Numbered from the whole stretch's first letter, positions 12,372-25,490 are shown. The stretch is 61,298 bases of DNA, filler included, from Sphacelaria rigidula (GCA_964200075.2; 10 parts of 10 records of this genome joined end to end with filler, not necessarily neighbours in it), one strand, 5' to 3'. The notes: a model not told the origin generated them from the letters alone. A program made the numbers and translations.

Positions 12372-13412
12372 CGTACTCATTTGTTGCTTACCTAAGTAAT
12401 CTGATCATTGACCACGCATCCCTTTGGAGACAGGGCACTGTTCCTACTCCTAATAGAGACACCTCCAACATTCGTCTGTGTACATTACACAAAAGCCGTT
12501 GACATATCTTGTCCCCGTCCTGTTTTGCCGTCTGTGGCCACCATCCATCTCGCTACTGTATGGTGCATCAAACGATTTCACGCCACCTTCGTTTACTTCC
12601 CATATTGGGCACCATCGCGGAAAGCGTGGAGAAAGTACTGTTTTGAGCTCGAGCATCATCATGTATACTTCACATTGTCACTACATGAGTTCTACGTTCT
12701 ATTGCATTGCCACAGGGGCAATTCTGTGCATCTACTTCCACCTCCACTCCACCACTGGTGTACTACACCCATTTCTCCTCTGGCAGGCCAAGGTCCCCCA
12801 CCCGAAATCGCAGCTTCAATGTTTTCGCCGAGTCCATTGGGCCATGCAGATATATTTTCAATGATATCCCCTGTCTCACCCCCCCCATATCTTCAGGTGC
12901 TCTTACTCGTCTAATTTCTGCTTCTTTTCCCCTTAATTTTACCATGTCCCCCATTTCTATCTTGTACCCCGCGCTTTCATCTATGGAGAGTATTTCGTCT
13001 TGGTTTCCTCCTATCTCCTTCCATACTTTCTCGACTACGTTATCCCACCTCAGTCCAGCCTGCCCTTTCGTACTTTTTCTTCCATACAGCCCTATCAACT
13101 ATGGCTGATATCCTCTTTCTCTGCGTGTTCTTTTACCTTATATTGTCGTTCCAATTCTTCATGTCTGTTTGCTTGAAGTGGGTACATTCCCAACTTTGCT
13201 CTCGAATGCTGTATTACTTGTCGTTTTCGAGAATCCCAGTCTTTCTTAGCTGCTGCCATCTGTACTGTTTCCAATTTCTCCACCAGCCTCGCGTTCCCCT
13301 CCTGTACTTCTCCTGCATATTCCAGCTTTGGTACAATCACGTTCATCAGGATGCATCTATTAATCCTAGTATCTAGGTGCGAGTCTCCAAGGATCACGTC
13401 CATCCTTCCGAT
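12372..13412 (-). mobile_element. 5'-truncated copy of the same LINE family with intact 3' terminus
   Basis: Translates IGRMDVILGDSHLDTRINRCILMNVIVPKLEYAGEV..KLETVQMAAAKK, AGLRWDNVVEKVWKEIGG, KLRFRVGDL and NCPCGNAIERRTHVV (CCHC-like). Ends AGCAACAAATGAGTACG, followed by a C-rich run (G-run 12356-12371 on +). Confidence 0.93.
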
Positions 13413-13423
13413 GTGTAGGGGGG

Positions 13424-13500
13424 CGTACTCATTTGTTGCTTGCCTTATAATAGTCGTTCGACCATTCACCAAGCATCCGTTACGAGACGAAGCTATCTAT
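13424..13500 (-). mobile_element. Very short 3'-terminal LINE copy flanked by homopolymer runs
   Basis: Minus strand reads C18 (13502-13519) ... CGTCTCGTAACGGATGCTTGGTGAATGGTC...AAGGCAAGCAACAAATGAGTACG then C6 (13418-13423). Confidence 0.85.
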
Positions 13501-14182
13501 AGGGGGGGGGGGGGGGGGGAATGGAGAACGACTTTTGGGGGTGGTAGATATGAAGATATATTCATCACCAATTTGTGCGCTGTTGTGCATGGAATTGAGC
13601 CAGAGTCTGTTGAGGACAAACCTTCAGAGCTTCTCTACACATATCCTCCCGTATACCCGTGATCATATTCTTACCTCCACCATGTCTTGTTTTCTTGAAG
13701 GGGTGGTAAATAACGATACTTATCGCCGTTGGGTACCTGGGGATTTTCATTCGACCCTCATGTGTTAACCAGTTTAATCCTTCTTGTCTCTTGATTCCAT
13801 TTTTACCAGGTACGTATACTCTACGGGCAGATATGATGGGTTTGTTTTGCCTCACCCCCATCAACGCGGGGGGAGGCCGCTGTTTACCTGTTTTCTTGGC
13901 GTCTCTCATTGCTTTTATTTGGTGTTATTTTATTTGCTTGTTGGTTTTTTGGAGTCTCAGAAGAAACCAATAGGGCTTCATGTCTTGTTTCGTAAGGAAT
14001 AGCACGGACGGTACGAGTATTGGAAAGACGGGCCAATCTCTCTTACCACGGGTTTGAGGGATCGGGCTAATGTGAGGAAATAAGAATAAATACGAGTAAG
14101 ACTAAAATAATACTCGTAGCCCAAAAAGAGCCGGTGCAACACTGAACACTGGGCGTGTCGTGCGCAGCTTACGTTTCGCTCA

Positions 14183-14372
14183 GGCCGTGTCTTATCAAAT
14201 TATTTTCGACTCGAAAAGGTACGGTGGAATCGAATTTGCTCGAACCTGATACGTCCACGGCATTCATGTTCTCAACCATGTGAGAAAATTAGCAGCGTGG
14301 ACGAATCAGAAACGAGCGAATTCGATTCGACCGCACGTTTTCGACACGAAAACAATTTGATAAGAACCGGCC
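14183..14372. mobile_element. PIF/Harbinger (Tourist-like) MITE, foldback structure
   Basis: ~75-bp imperfect arms starting GGCCG(TG/GT)TCTTATCAAATT. 3-bp TSD TCA at 14180-82 and 14373-75. Confidence 0.85.
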
Positions 14373-15389
14373 TCATACCAACACAGATTTGAGCCAAAAC
14401 CAACCACACTTTGGCTGGGGAACCACGGTACATGCACCACCTTATTCAATGGTTTCTGCTCTGCCTTAGATTTTTGTTGGGGTTTGTCAGCGTTACGGTG
14501 TGACAAAAGCACAGTGTTTAACCGTCGGATATCGGAGCCGAGCTGCGATAAACCCGCCTATAATACGAGTACAGTACCGCAATGCTCATCACAATTGCTT
14601 CAAGAATCCACGACACTGCGGATATTTTGCACAGCTAGACATATTCATCATCACCACGAAATAGCTCATCCCAACATGGCCACAGGGTTATTCTTTAGGT
14701 CAACCAAACTGGGCCGCACAGACGGTATCAGCAATTACCCGCTCCAGTGGCGATACAGATGTAATGTTGTACTGGTACCTACTGTACGTGGACTACAGTC
14801 AGTACGGAGTACACTGCTACACCGACTCTATTATACAAACTTCACCGCACATACCCTGTTGCAACCAGCCACCGACTGAAACCAGTACCCCGGGACATCG
14901 CGGTTTCCTCCACTAACACATGAACCCACAACTCCGACCCCCTCCCCACACAAAGAGGCGCGGGCTCTCCCTCAATCATCGCTAAGCTGCATTCCACAGC
15001 AGACGACACATATTGAAGGGGCCGGGGTGGGGTTTGGTTTCGGTGCCAACACACCCGGATACGTACGCACATGAACACAAAGTTTGGTACAAATCATCGG
15101 TGGTAGACACCAGAAATAGCAAACGCGGGCGGGCCGGGCCAACTCACATGTGTTTCCGCGCAGACGCTCCGTTCTGTTGCTGCTTCGTAAGAGTTGAAGA
15201 TGGATAGATATACGACGAGTGAAATGTGTTCCGTGTACTTGAGGAAGAGACTGGTGAGCCCGCAAGCGCTATAGCACCCTCAGGTGCTGGGAGCTTTATT
15301 CGGTAATTCTCTGACCTGCCCGGGTTTATTTTCTGCCCGGGTTTATTTTCTGGAAGAAAGTCATAATCTAGTGTGTCCTCTGCAATGTG

Positions 15390-15762
15390 ATGAGCACCAT
15401 AGCAGAGGTCAGAGTGTCTAAATCACACAACATGCCAACGTGCGGGGATTACACCATGCGGGCGCAGCCCCGGCGGCGGGCGGTAGAGGAAAAAGAGGAG
15501 CCGGTATTTCTGCGCAAGACATTCGATATGATCTGTGCTTGCGATCGTGAGCTGTTGGACAAGGAAAACGAACAAAACGGGAAAGCGGAACAGGCAGGCG
15601 GAAACCGCGGTGGCCGCCGTGGTGGTGCGGCTACTGGGGGAAAGAAGGCGGTGCCAGACATTGGGGGAGGGAAGTTGGCATGCTGGTCTCTAAAGGGAGA
15701 AACGTTTATCGTGAAGGATCCCGTGTTGTTTTCGTCCGACGTCATTCCAAGATTTTTCAAGC
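15390..15762 (+). CDS. Heat-shock transcription factor (HSF-type DNA-binding domain), first coding exon; I found no further exons in this contig
   Basis: EEPVFLRKTFDMI ... LACWSLKGETFIVKDPVLFSSDVIPRFFK matches the HSF DBD (FL.KT..M...WS..G.TF.V.D...F...V.P.FFKH). Canonical donor AAG C|GTGAGT splits the expected His codon (phase 1). Start codon is uncertain (15390, 15432 or 15456). Confidence 0.9.
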
Positions 15763-16820
15763 GTGAGTTCTTCCTGTTGTAAGACCCTTTTGCCGAGACG
15801 CATAGACTTGGACATAGAGATGTTACAACAGTAGACAAGTGTCTGATGTGTAGTTTTATTAGTAGTACCCACTGGAGTGCCGCATCAGTTACGTATGACC
15901 GTACAGGAACAGTATACAGTACTGGTTACAAGCTCCAGTAACTCGGCACTCGGTACAGGAACATACACGCGTGCGATGTTACCCTTCGTTCCGTGTGCAA
16001 ATGTCCGAATGTTGGACACGTCTTACACGTCCTTGAGCAGCGACGTCATAGTCTGCCGAGAGCTCTTTGGCCACTACCTGCCCGCCCTGCCACCAACGAG
16101 ACAACAAGAAATCAGCGTCGTACCCCCCGGTGACTAGTGTTTCTGTTTCATTTTGACCGCATTTCTCAGCCTCATGCTTGTGGTCTGCAGCAGGGGCAGG
16201 GGCAAACATCCTGTCATCTGGTCAGTATCATAGCACCGTGAGGTTGTGTATTATCGAGACCAAGAAAAATAGCGTAGAACGAAACAAACGTCCAAAAGTA
16301 CACGTTGATGAGTCGCCGCAACCATAGAGCCACTTAGCGACCAATCAACGTCCTGCTTTTGGATGCTTGTTTCGTTTCTCGTTTTCTCGCTTCCGTTTCT
16401 TGTCTCGATCGACAGGACCTGAACCGTCACTTTGCACTTGTTCAGCTTGCATTATTTTGCCGTACGAGAGCTGGTTGGTTAACCCTTTGACCGCAAGGGT
16501 GCATCATGGATTATCTGACCGTGTAGGTCTTGCACTTGCTTTCCAGTATACATGATGCCGATTCAACAGATGGCCCTTCTGGAGGTCGATAGAGTCAAAC
16601 GATCTAGGGTTGGGCAACGAATGAAGGTCTTCGATACGTTACATCCCTACACTCACGTGCTAGGCTCGAGCGATAGCGTGAAGGCACCACACGCTTGAGA
16701 GGAGCTTACATTATCAAAAAGTGTACCGGGCACAGTGTGGAATATCTTGTCCAGTGCAATGGACGCGATAGTCAATCCTGCGCGCAATACATTTTTTACA
16801 TTTTTTTACAACGTAGCTAC

Positions 16821-17188
16821 GCCCCGGTGGCTCAGTTGGTAACCTCGTATCCTTCTGACGGTCGAGTACTGGGGTTCGATTCCCGGAGCGATCTGGGATC
16901 TTTTCTCACACCATGCCCAACAGTGAAGAGCGACTACTGTTATATGTAGTGGGTACACAAAATTGGACTCAACGGTCGACGAGGGAAAGGGACTGCTAAA
17001 ACCCTCTCGCGATTAAAAAAAAAAGGCAAGCAACGCAGAAGGAAGGTGGGGTATTAAAGACGAATAAAAAAGAAAAAGGCCCTGTGTTGACCTTCCTCCA
17101 GTGTGACCCCGGCTGATGCGCCCACATATACCGAAAAGTGTAGACTGGCGCGCAGAATAAATGGGACGACAACACACAACACACACAG
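16821..17188 (+). mobile_element. tRNA-derived SINE, probably within the HSF intron
   Basis: Pol III A-box TGGCTCAGTTGG and B-box GGTTCGATTCC, a CA-rich tail (ACAACACACAACACACAC), and a near-perfect TSD CAACGTAGCTAC (16809-20) / CAACGTAGTCTAC (17189-201). Confidence 0.85.
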
Positions 17189-17623
17189 CAACGTAGTCTA
17201 CTGTCAGTGCCACCAAGGAGAGCAAAGAAGAGGGGGAAACAGGTGTGGTACAGGGGACCGAGCTTCTCGAAGCGGTGCCCGGTACCCCAAATCGGCGCTG
17301 TTAGATCTCAGTCTGTACTGCCTTGTTTGTTGATGCAAACAGGGATGGAGATACGAAACTGTGCTTGACAAGCACAGTTCGAAAGTGCATGAACGAACCA
17401 GGGAAAACCGTTACAGTATATCTCACCTCTTACCGCGACCACGATGCACGAATTGACGGGTTAGGTGACGAGAAGAGCGGGATTTACGCGAGTTTGTTGT
17501 GAAACCCCATGATAGACACATAAGTAGACTATCGACCCCTAACCCTATTATTTTTTTTGTTTTTTGTTTTAGGTCGGCCATTTCTTTCTGTGCTTTGCTT
17601 TTGTTGACTTTTTATTATATATA

Positions 17624-18322
17624 CAGGCTGGGCCGCCTGAGAAGCTCGCTCTCCTTCAGCCCGTTCTAACTGACGATGTATCGCGATTTGTGCCTACTAT
17701 GACACATCTTGTTAATCTACAATTCAGCGCGCGTCTTCAAATCCATGTAGCACTGCGATCCGACAAGATCTATCAAACGAAATACCAAACTGTAAAGTGC
17801 GAAGGTGTATAGAGTTGAGGGTACTATGTGCGGCGGAAGTAGCCAAAAGAAAACGGCTGAGATTGGATTTTCGGTTACAGTCAGTTTTGTGCCGCATGGT
17901 GCCGCACAAGCTGCAGCACAATTCCCGAGCTCAATATTCAGTCGCTTTCGGCGAAAATTTGACATGATGTACAGGACGTATGTGAAAACACCCCTTCGTT
18001 CCTCCCGTGTCTTTTTTTTCTCTTCTTCGTGAGTTGTTAGAATAGTTTTGCTCAATTTTATATCGTTTTCGATGGAAATTTTACACAATGTACAGGACGT
18101 GCATACAATGACCCCGAAAATCCCCCCCGTCTTTTATTTTTTTTCTTCGTGAGTTATCGGCGACGCAGCAATTCACAACAGTTTTTCGGAACTCAGCCCC
18201 CCATAACTCACGAAGAAGGGGGGGGGGGAAGTGGGGGGACTTTGGGGATCTTTGCATGTACGAGCTGGGCCAGCAGTACATCCCGCATTTGCATCTCCAA
18301 CCATAACTTGTCAAGTTTACCA
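17624..18322. mobile_element. Left parts of TA-flanked elements related to the 10848 family, cut by the contig end
   Basis: TA-CAGGCTGGGCC at 17622-17634 and TA-CGAGCTGGGCCAGC at 18259-18274. Internal ~70-bp direct repeat TGTACAGGACGT...CTTCGTGAGTT. Confidence 0.6.
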
Positions 18323-18945
18323 NNNNNNNNNNNNNNNNNNNNNNNNNNNNNNNNNNNNNNNNNNNNTTAATTAATTAANNNNNNNNNNNNNNNNNNNNNN
18401 NNNNNNNNNNNNNNNNNNNNNNATCGTATTTCGGTGACATGGGGCTTTTGAGCGTCATCGGATATCGATTATACATAGTGATGATGCACCAAAGACACAG
18501 AAAGCCTCCGAACGGTTCCCCTTATGTATGTCGTGGAGAACCTCGGACCGCCCTCTACCTTGGCAGCTCGGTACGTCTAGGTGCTTCAAATACGAAACAT
18601 GTTTTGTTGAAAAAACAGACATAGCCCGCGCCTTACCGGCTTCCCGGGGGCTCCAGGGGCCTTCGCGCCGAGACCCCCGGAGGCCGGTACAGCATATCTC
18701 AAAACAAAAACAAGACAATATACGCGTCTCAGGTTAGTCCAAGAAATATTTGTACACCACTTCGTTGCGTGACCCGACAACAAAATATGCAATCGGGTTC
18801 CTTTCACTTGGAACGCACCCGGAGGAATCATTTCTATACTAGGATCAAGTAGTTGGAAGTTTGCGCCTTTCAAGCGCACTTCATCACACGAAGGCACGAT
18901 AAAGAAACTTGCTCGACGTTTAATATGAAAAATTGAACGCATGTA

Positions 18946-19112
18946 CTATGGGCCATTACGAAACTTTTCGATCGATGGATTTCTTCTTCGCGGATTTTAG
19001 GGGATTCCAGAAGGGCATGTGATCCCCTAGTGCCGTGGGACCCCCCATAACCTGTCAAAAACAGGAAACATCAAACATTCCGTCGATCGAAAACTTTCGA
19101 AATGGCGCACAG
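18946..19112. mobile_element. TA-flanked MITE (Tc1/mariner/Stowaway-like)
   Basis: TIR CTATGGGCCATTACGAAACTTTTCGATCGATGGA versus rc CTGTGCGCCATTTCGAAAGTTTTCGATCGACGGA, with TA on both sides. Confidence 0.8.
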
Positions 19113-20244
19113 TATATGTGTTCAAGTCTCAGATTCCAACTCCCAAAAACGGCGTAAAGTTCTGCGGATGAGTACATTTAGGGTGATGGGCGTAAACACG
19201 CCCGTACGCTGTGTCACCGGATAGGCGAAAAAAACACCCGCAGGTTCACTCATACCTCCGATCCCATCCGCCTCACGCCAACCGAAGAGTGTTACATAGA
19301 TCATTATCCCGTCGTTCCGACTAGTGGCCAGCGACAGGCTACGTTCGCTAGTCTAGATTCGAGAAGTCGATCCGCGAACGTGCCACTTTGGAAATGATTA
19401 ATTCAAGGGATGCACTCCTCCTTCGTGGTTCCAGCGTCTCCTTTACTCGAATCCTTACCATTGGAACAAGTCATCACGATTTTGTTACGTACAAACATAT
19501 TGCAGGTCAGGCGAGCCCAGCACATGGGAGATCACGTTTCAAGCCGCGAGGAGCACACATAGTAGTGTGAGTGCATGCCTACCCCTCCCCAATCCACGTC
19601 AACAGCAGGACCAGTCCATGAATTACGACATCCACCAATTCGCCAAATCGACAAAATCGGCGGAAGACTACCACCACGAAATTCAATGTCACTCAGCGTT
19701 CTGTCAACCATACGCTAACAGGTGCATTCTTGCTGCGTTCATGCCCATACAAATAAAGGAGGAGAAAACAACAGGTGCACCACAACCCTGGAGTAAGACT
19801 CACTCAGAGCTTCAATGTGGAGCATCCCCCAGCAGTCACAAGTATCCAGTGTGCTGGATACTCTCAATTTCCAACAAGCTACACCACGCAAGACGGCTTA
19901 CAACCACTGCATGAAGGAAAAACCGGCGATAAACACAGGTAACGGCGAAGCGTAGCAGATTTCAATCGGCGACAGAAACAGTACCGCCAATCGCTAGTTC
20001 GCAACCTTACACGTGTCAGACGTCCAACCTTCTTTGCGGTATTCCTTTCATTGAAATACTCCGAGTATAAAGAACGAACCACCCACACGGGAAACGGGCC
20101 AACCTTGTGCAGCAGTGCAAGCCAACCTACAAGCGGTGCATTCCTCAAAGCGTCCCAATATCGTCTCTACCTGTTACGTGTTACCTGTTACCTACATTGG
20201 TGTTCGTATTTTTCGTGTCAGGACATCACACACGCCATCAACAG

Positions 20245-20445
20245 GCGATCCTGAGAAATGGGAACGATATGTTCTATGGGAACGAACTGAGGTCGAAATT
20301 GTGCATGATATTGAACCTAGTTGGTACCCGCCAAACGTCTCTTGCCTTGAAGTTAATCTTCAACAAATACCCGCTTCAATATCACATGCAAGTTCGACTT
20401 CTGTTCGTTCCCAATAGGGAAATCTCGTCTTCATTTCCCAGGATG
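20245..20445. mobile_element. Degenerate foldback MITE
   Basis: ATCCTGAGAAATG...TGGGAACGAACTGAGGTCGAA...TGATATTGAA is mirrored on the opposite strand by ATCCTGGGAAATG...TGGGAACGAACAGAAGTCGAA...TGATATTGAA. Confidence 0.65.
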
Positions 20446-21076
20446 TCTGTTCATCGCTATACTATTCAAACACACGCAGAGGTATAGGTTCGCCACACAG
20501 TATACACTTGCTAGCACTCACCCCCGAAACAGGACACTCAACACTCAACACAGCTGTCAATAAGGACACCACAGAGAGTACTGCCATACACTAGTCTTGA
20601 ACCTCTTGAATACTCGCCTGTTGGCCCTGTCATCCTCCATCAAAACGCGCACAGCGTGCGTACGAGAAGCCACCCCAGCCAGAACCCGAACCACGGCGTA
20701 TACTCGTAGCCTTGTGGAGATTTATGCGTCAGTTGAGATCGCCGTCGCTCGGAATGCTCTGCCGGAGACTGGGCTGCTGAAAGTATTCAAAAATCTAAAT
20801 ATGAACAAGTCGGCACGGTGGATAGAGCGCAGAATAGACGGGCGAGGAAGGAGTTTGATTGGATGTGACGTTCTCCTCGACACTGAAACATGCTCAAGAA
20901 AACTAAAAATTCGTACATGTGTAATCATGACAGCTTCCCATGTCTAGAGGACTTTATTCTGCCTCCAGCCCTAGCTATGCTGATGAGGCACATGTACAAG
21001 CGAGAGTGTTCTACAAGGATGGTGCGTGTGACATGTTGATCAGATGTTGTTTGTAATTGCTTTTTTCATAATCACC

Positions 21077-21135
21077 TTGTTGTTGTTATTGTTATTGTTA
21101 TTGTTATTGTTACTACTACCACTATAATACTACTG
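21077..21135. repeat. Compound microsatellite (TTG/TTA/CTA)n
   Basis: Direct reading: ttgttgttgttattgttattgttattgttattgttactactaccactataatactactg. Confidence 0.85.
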
Positions 21136-23276
21136 TTGCTTTTTGTTATCCTATTTGTAATTTTTTATCATTATCGATATTTTTTCCTTACTATTATCAT
21201 GAATACTTTAGTCAATATTGTTGTCACTTTTATCACTGTTGCCGACATTATCATCTCTACCATCAGTCGGGGACATGCCAATATTTGCGCGCACATTACT
21301 GGTCAGCGCCAATTTTCCGCACGCCACCTGATTGATGTTACAGTATTGATGTTCTTGTATGTGAGTAGAGACCATTACGGTAACAGTAGCCTTCACATGG
21401 CCCTGTGGAAAAATACTTGGACGCTGCAGGAAACCACGATAAAGCAGCATGAAAGTCGTCCCAGACAGCTGCACTAGCTGCGGGAGTCGTGTGCAGTGCA
21501 TCAGCAACTAGTTAGGTAAACTGAGCTTGTCCTACGCTGCCCCTGCATATGGTGCCGTGCGGTCTCGACAGGACTCCAAATTTGAGACGTCAAAAAAAAG
21601 GGGGGCGGAGGGCAGTGTTGTTGCCTGGACTGAGAGATATACCACCCCTGAGAGGTGATACATAATATGAGTATAAAATGCGAACACCCCAATTCTCTGC
21701 ATGAGCCCGAGTATGGGGAAATTTCCATATCCAAGTAATGAGACTAGCACACGTAGTCACTTCTCTGAGTGTAAGGTTGTTCACCTGTTGGAGGTATGCT
21801 GCTGGACTTGGAGTAAGGATGTGCACTACTATCGAGAAATCGGTATGATGAGTAGACCGCGCGTCAGAGGGATCGGACTAATGTACCAGGTAGAAGTGAG
21901 CACAACAGTGAGGCAGCTGAGTTTGGGAGTCATGATACCTGCAGAATACACGGCACCCAATGGAAACGACCCATCCCAGGGATGAATCGTTACACCGAAT
22001 GAAGTATCTATGTACGCTGGATCACTCTTGCAGCTGATGCAGATACTTGCGGAAGCGTTCATACTGGTGGGCTAGCAGATGCTGCCGGATAGTCCTTGAC
22101 ACAACTCAAATACGCAAAAGTGGCATATTGGTATACTACGTGGGCTTCCCTGGACTGTTTTGTTGTCAAGGTCTCGATAGTACGGCGACAAAAATACAAC
22201 AAAAACAACAGCCGGGGCATCTCGTTACCGCATTATAGGACCTTTCCAACGTGGGGCAAAATCTGCCGAATCAACCAGCTCGGCACCCGACCTTGCTCTT
22301 AGTAGCTCCGTAGACTGCTGCCATAACTCCTATCCGTCGAAAAACTGCCGTAAAACAACACGAACGATAGGAACAAACATAAATGACGGGCAAAAGGTCA
22401 CGCGCATGTAAAAACTCGCGAAAAATCAATGGATGGCACGTGAACGACAGAAAACATGGAGTTTTCACGTACAACATCGTCGTTACGGTACAACGCTCTG
22501 GGAAATGACCACAGGTGCTGTACGAATAGTGCATATACAAGGCGTAACACGCGCGAGAGGCGTTGTAGACGTATAATATGTCAAAGGACCGATTTGGAAA
22601 GACTGTGCTCCAATATAATCAGAGGGAGGTCGTGTGCGTGTGCGTGTACGTGTAAAGTCGCATCATTTCGTCGCCGCTACTATTTCAAACACAGCGTAAA
22701 AATGACTTCAGTAAACAGGTTGGGACATCAACCGCTCGATTTGCCTTTGCTTTGTCTATCGGAGCTATACCGTACTGTACTGTAGCACATCGCGAATACC
22801 CGGGATCCAAGACCCCCGACCACTGATGAATCGCCCTCTACACGACCTCAAATACACCTGTTCGACCCCTGTAGATCAACCACTGGAAGCACCGTGCATT
22901 TATGATCACATACTGCTATACTCTCGGACAAGTGTACCTTGTGGAAAGAGATCGAAAATGTACAGTCATACTTGTTTTTCCACTGTTGGAGGAACGGAAA
23001 TGCGGCGTTTGAGGCCATCGGTATCCTCCACGAACAGGTACAATTTCCAAGTACTTGTCGAAATTGAGGAACATGTTCCGCAGTAAACACGCACTTTCAG
23101 GTATACGTGTACAAGTTCTCGCCAACAAAAGGTTCGCGGCGGGTTCGGCCAACCACGCTGCTGGAATTCTCGGTGTGTCGTACGAGCAGCAGCAGTACAC
23201 CCCGTATCTGGTCGGCGCTGGAAAATGCCCACGTGTCTGTGAAACTGCCCATTGCCCCGAATACGAAGGACAGAAC

Positions 23277-23855
23277 CAAGGTTGTGTTCTGTAAGGTACG
23301 GGTACGTTCTGTAGGGTATGAGATTCCGTACAGACTTTACAGAACTGTCGGGTACCGGTTTGGAAGTCTCACAGAGTTTACACAACTGTCGGGTACCGGT
23401 ATGAAAGTCTCACAGACTTTACAGAACTTGTCGGGTACGGTACGGGAGGTTTACACGGAACCGGTACCGGCAGTCGGGTAACTCTTCTCGGGTATACCCG
23501 CCCCTCGGGTTCGGGTAAATATTATGTACAGAGCTTACAGAACTGTCGGGTACCGGTATGAAAGTGTTACAGAACTTACAGACCTTGTCGGGTACGCTAT
23601 GCGAGGCTTACAGAGAAGCGGTACTGGCGATCGGGTAACTCTTTTCGGGTATACCCGCCCTTCGGGTTCGGGTAAATGTATTGTACAGAACTTACAGAAC
23701 TATTGGGTAAGGGTATGAAAGTCTTACAGAGATTACGGAACTGCCGGGTACCGGTATTAGAGTCTTACAGAAGTCACAGAGCTGTCGGGTACGGTACATA
23801 CCCGGTAAAATACCCCGGGTATGGAGAAAACCGTACCTTACAGAACACAACCTTG
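23277..23855. mobile_element. hAT-type MITE with internal minisatellite-like repeats
   Basis: Perfect 25-bp TIR CAAGGTTGTGTTCTGTAAGGTACGG and perfect 8-bp TSD GACAGAAC (23269-76, 23856-63). Interior is built of ACAGAACT(G/T)TCGGGTACCGGTATGAAAG motifs. Confidence 0.95.
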
Positions 23856-25417
23856 GACAGAACATGACCGCAGTTTTGATAGTAACGATGTACCTGTGCT
23901 GACCAATCGTCACAACGAACGACATGGAGTACGAAGTGAGAATGGAGTTTACCTTGAAAATGTCGACCGGTCGAAGGGGTTTCGAAGAATGGACAACAAC
24001 CAGAACAGCTGCTTGCAGTACACTGAGTAATCCGCCACGAGGTTGTTGTAGACTGTCTGCCAAAGCTGCCGCATGGTGCACGGTATCATTCGCTTCTCTG
24101 CTTCCAGGCTTGCCCGGAAGGCTTGTTCACAAAAGGATGAGAAGGCATGAGCAAAACAAAAGCATCGCAGTCATTGATTCGTTGATTCGATCGGTTGTAG
24201 CATATCGGATGATCCAGCAGCACATAGTCCAGTCTAGTCTAGTATTATATAGCAATCAATCCAGCCGCGGTCACCACTGAGGGGTACCCAGGGTAACACA
24301 CGCTAACGTACACGAAACTCGAGAAACAGGGTAAGATGAAAAACAAAAAGAGGAGAAAACAAACACAGTGATTTCGATCACTGGAAAAGAGGAAAACACG
24401 TGAAACGGGTAGCTTAACACAGCGAGAATCGTCGTCCGCACATGACCATAAAAAGCGTGAGANNNNNNNNNNNNNNNNNNNNNNNNNNNNNNNNNNNNNN
24501 NNNNNNTTAATTAATTAANNNNNNNNNNNNNNNNNNNNNNNNNNNNNNNNNNNNNNNNNNNNGGAATCGAGCCGGACTGGGATGAGAAGGTAGCTTCAGA
24601 TACATACTACAGCCGTGTATCGCTTTAGTTGCTATGCAACCTTCTTAACACTTCGTAGACTCCGTCGCGTCTTCATTCTGGGGGTGGTGGTAGGAAACGT
24701 GACACTAACCCCCGGCGTAACACTGAAACACCTGTGATTCGGTCCCGATCATGCTTGAACATATCTCTTGGTATATCACGAGTTCATTAACGATTCATAG
24801 CTTGAATGAAAGCCCTTAATATGGGCACCAGGTGTAAAATATGTACTATCCCCCATCGCGACGGTATCTCGCATAATTTTGATTAAGATGGAGCGAAATC
24901 CTGCCCGAAATTTCCGGGTGGTGATGCATGGTGTCTTCCCCTGCACATGTTTTTGGATTTGTGTCTAGGTAGTTGGTACTGCTGGAACGCGCACACCGCC
25001 TTTCGGCGCTGAAGAAACATTCGTCAAAGAAAAGCTTAATGAATCGGTATGTAGTTGATGTGCGGCAAAAACGGGTCGTGACATCGTAGCGCGACAGTTC
25101 GAGGGGATTTTCATCAACAGTATGTAAACACACACGTGGACAGATAGCACCCTGTGGAGGGGGTCTACAGGGTTCACGTACCCTGCGTAGTGTTTCTGGC
25201 GGGAATTTTACTGTACAGTGTTTTCCAGCGTAGCACAGGACGCTCCACAGGGTTTCCCTACAGTGGTCATGAATAGTGTACATCACAGGGTTCCGTCGCC
25301 CCGTGAAGAGTTCATCGCTACTGGCAATGCTGTGCAGTGTGTTTACGCACAAACACTACCCTCCACAACATGAAGCTGCGGGCGCAAGGTACTGGTGGAA
25401 TAAAGAACTGATTAGGT

Positions 25418-25490
25418 TGGACGGGAGTCGAACCCTCGACTTCACCATTACATTGCCAACCGGTTTCACACGGGGCTACGCGTGGTAGTC
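25418..25490 (-). mobile_element. Possible degenerate SINE head (Pol III B-box)
   Basis: Minus strand GTCGAGGGTTCGACTCCCG resembles a B-box. A-box and extent are unclear. Confidence 0.3.

Noticed and set aside
15348..15355. Heat-shock element TTCnnGAA upstream of the HSF exon (autoregulation), next to a 17-bp tandem duplication
   Set aside because: It has only two nGAAn units, which is expected by chance. Canonical HSEs have three or more.
16821..16895. Functional tRNA gene
   Set aside because: A and B boxes are present but no acceptor or anticodon stem pairs. It continues into a SINE body with a TSD.
15763..18322. Second HSF exon (expected H..FSSFVRQLN.YGF)
   Set aside because: Not found by eye in the rest of this contig. 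The following contigs are unlinked.
22940..24120. Coding-like sequence flanking the hAT MITE
   Set aside because: No frame stays convincingly open after removing the MITE and no family was recognised.
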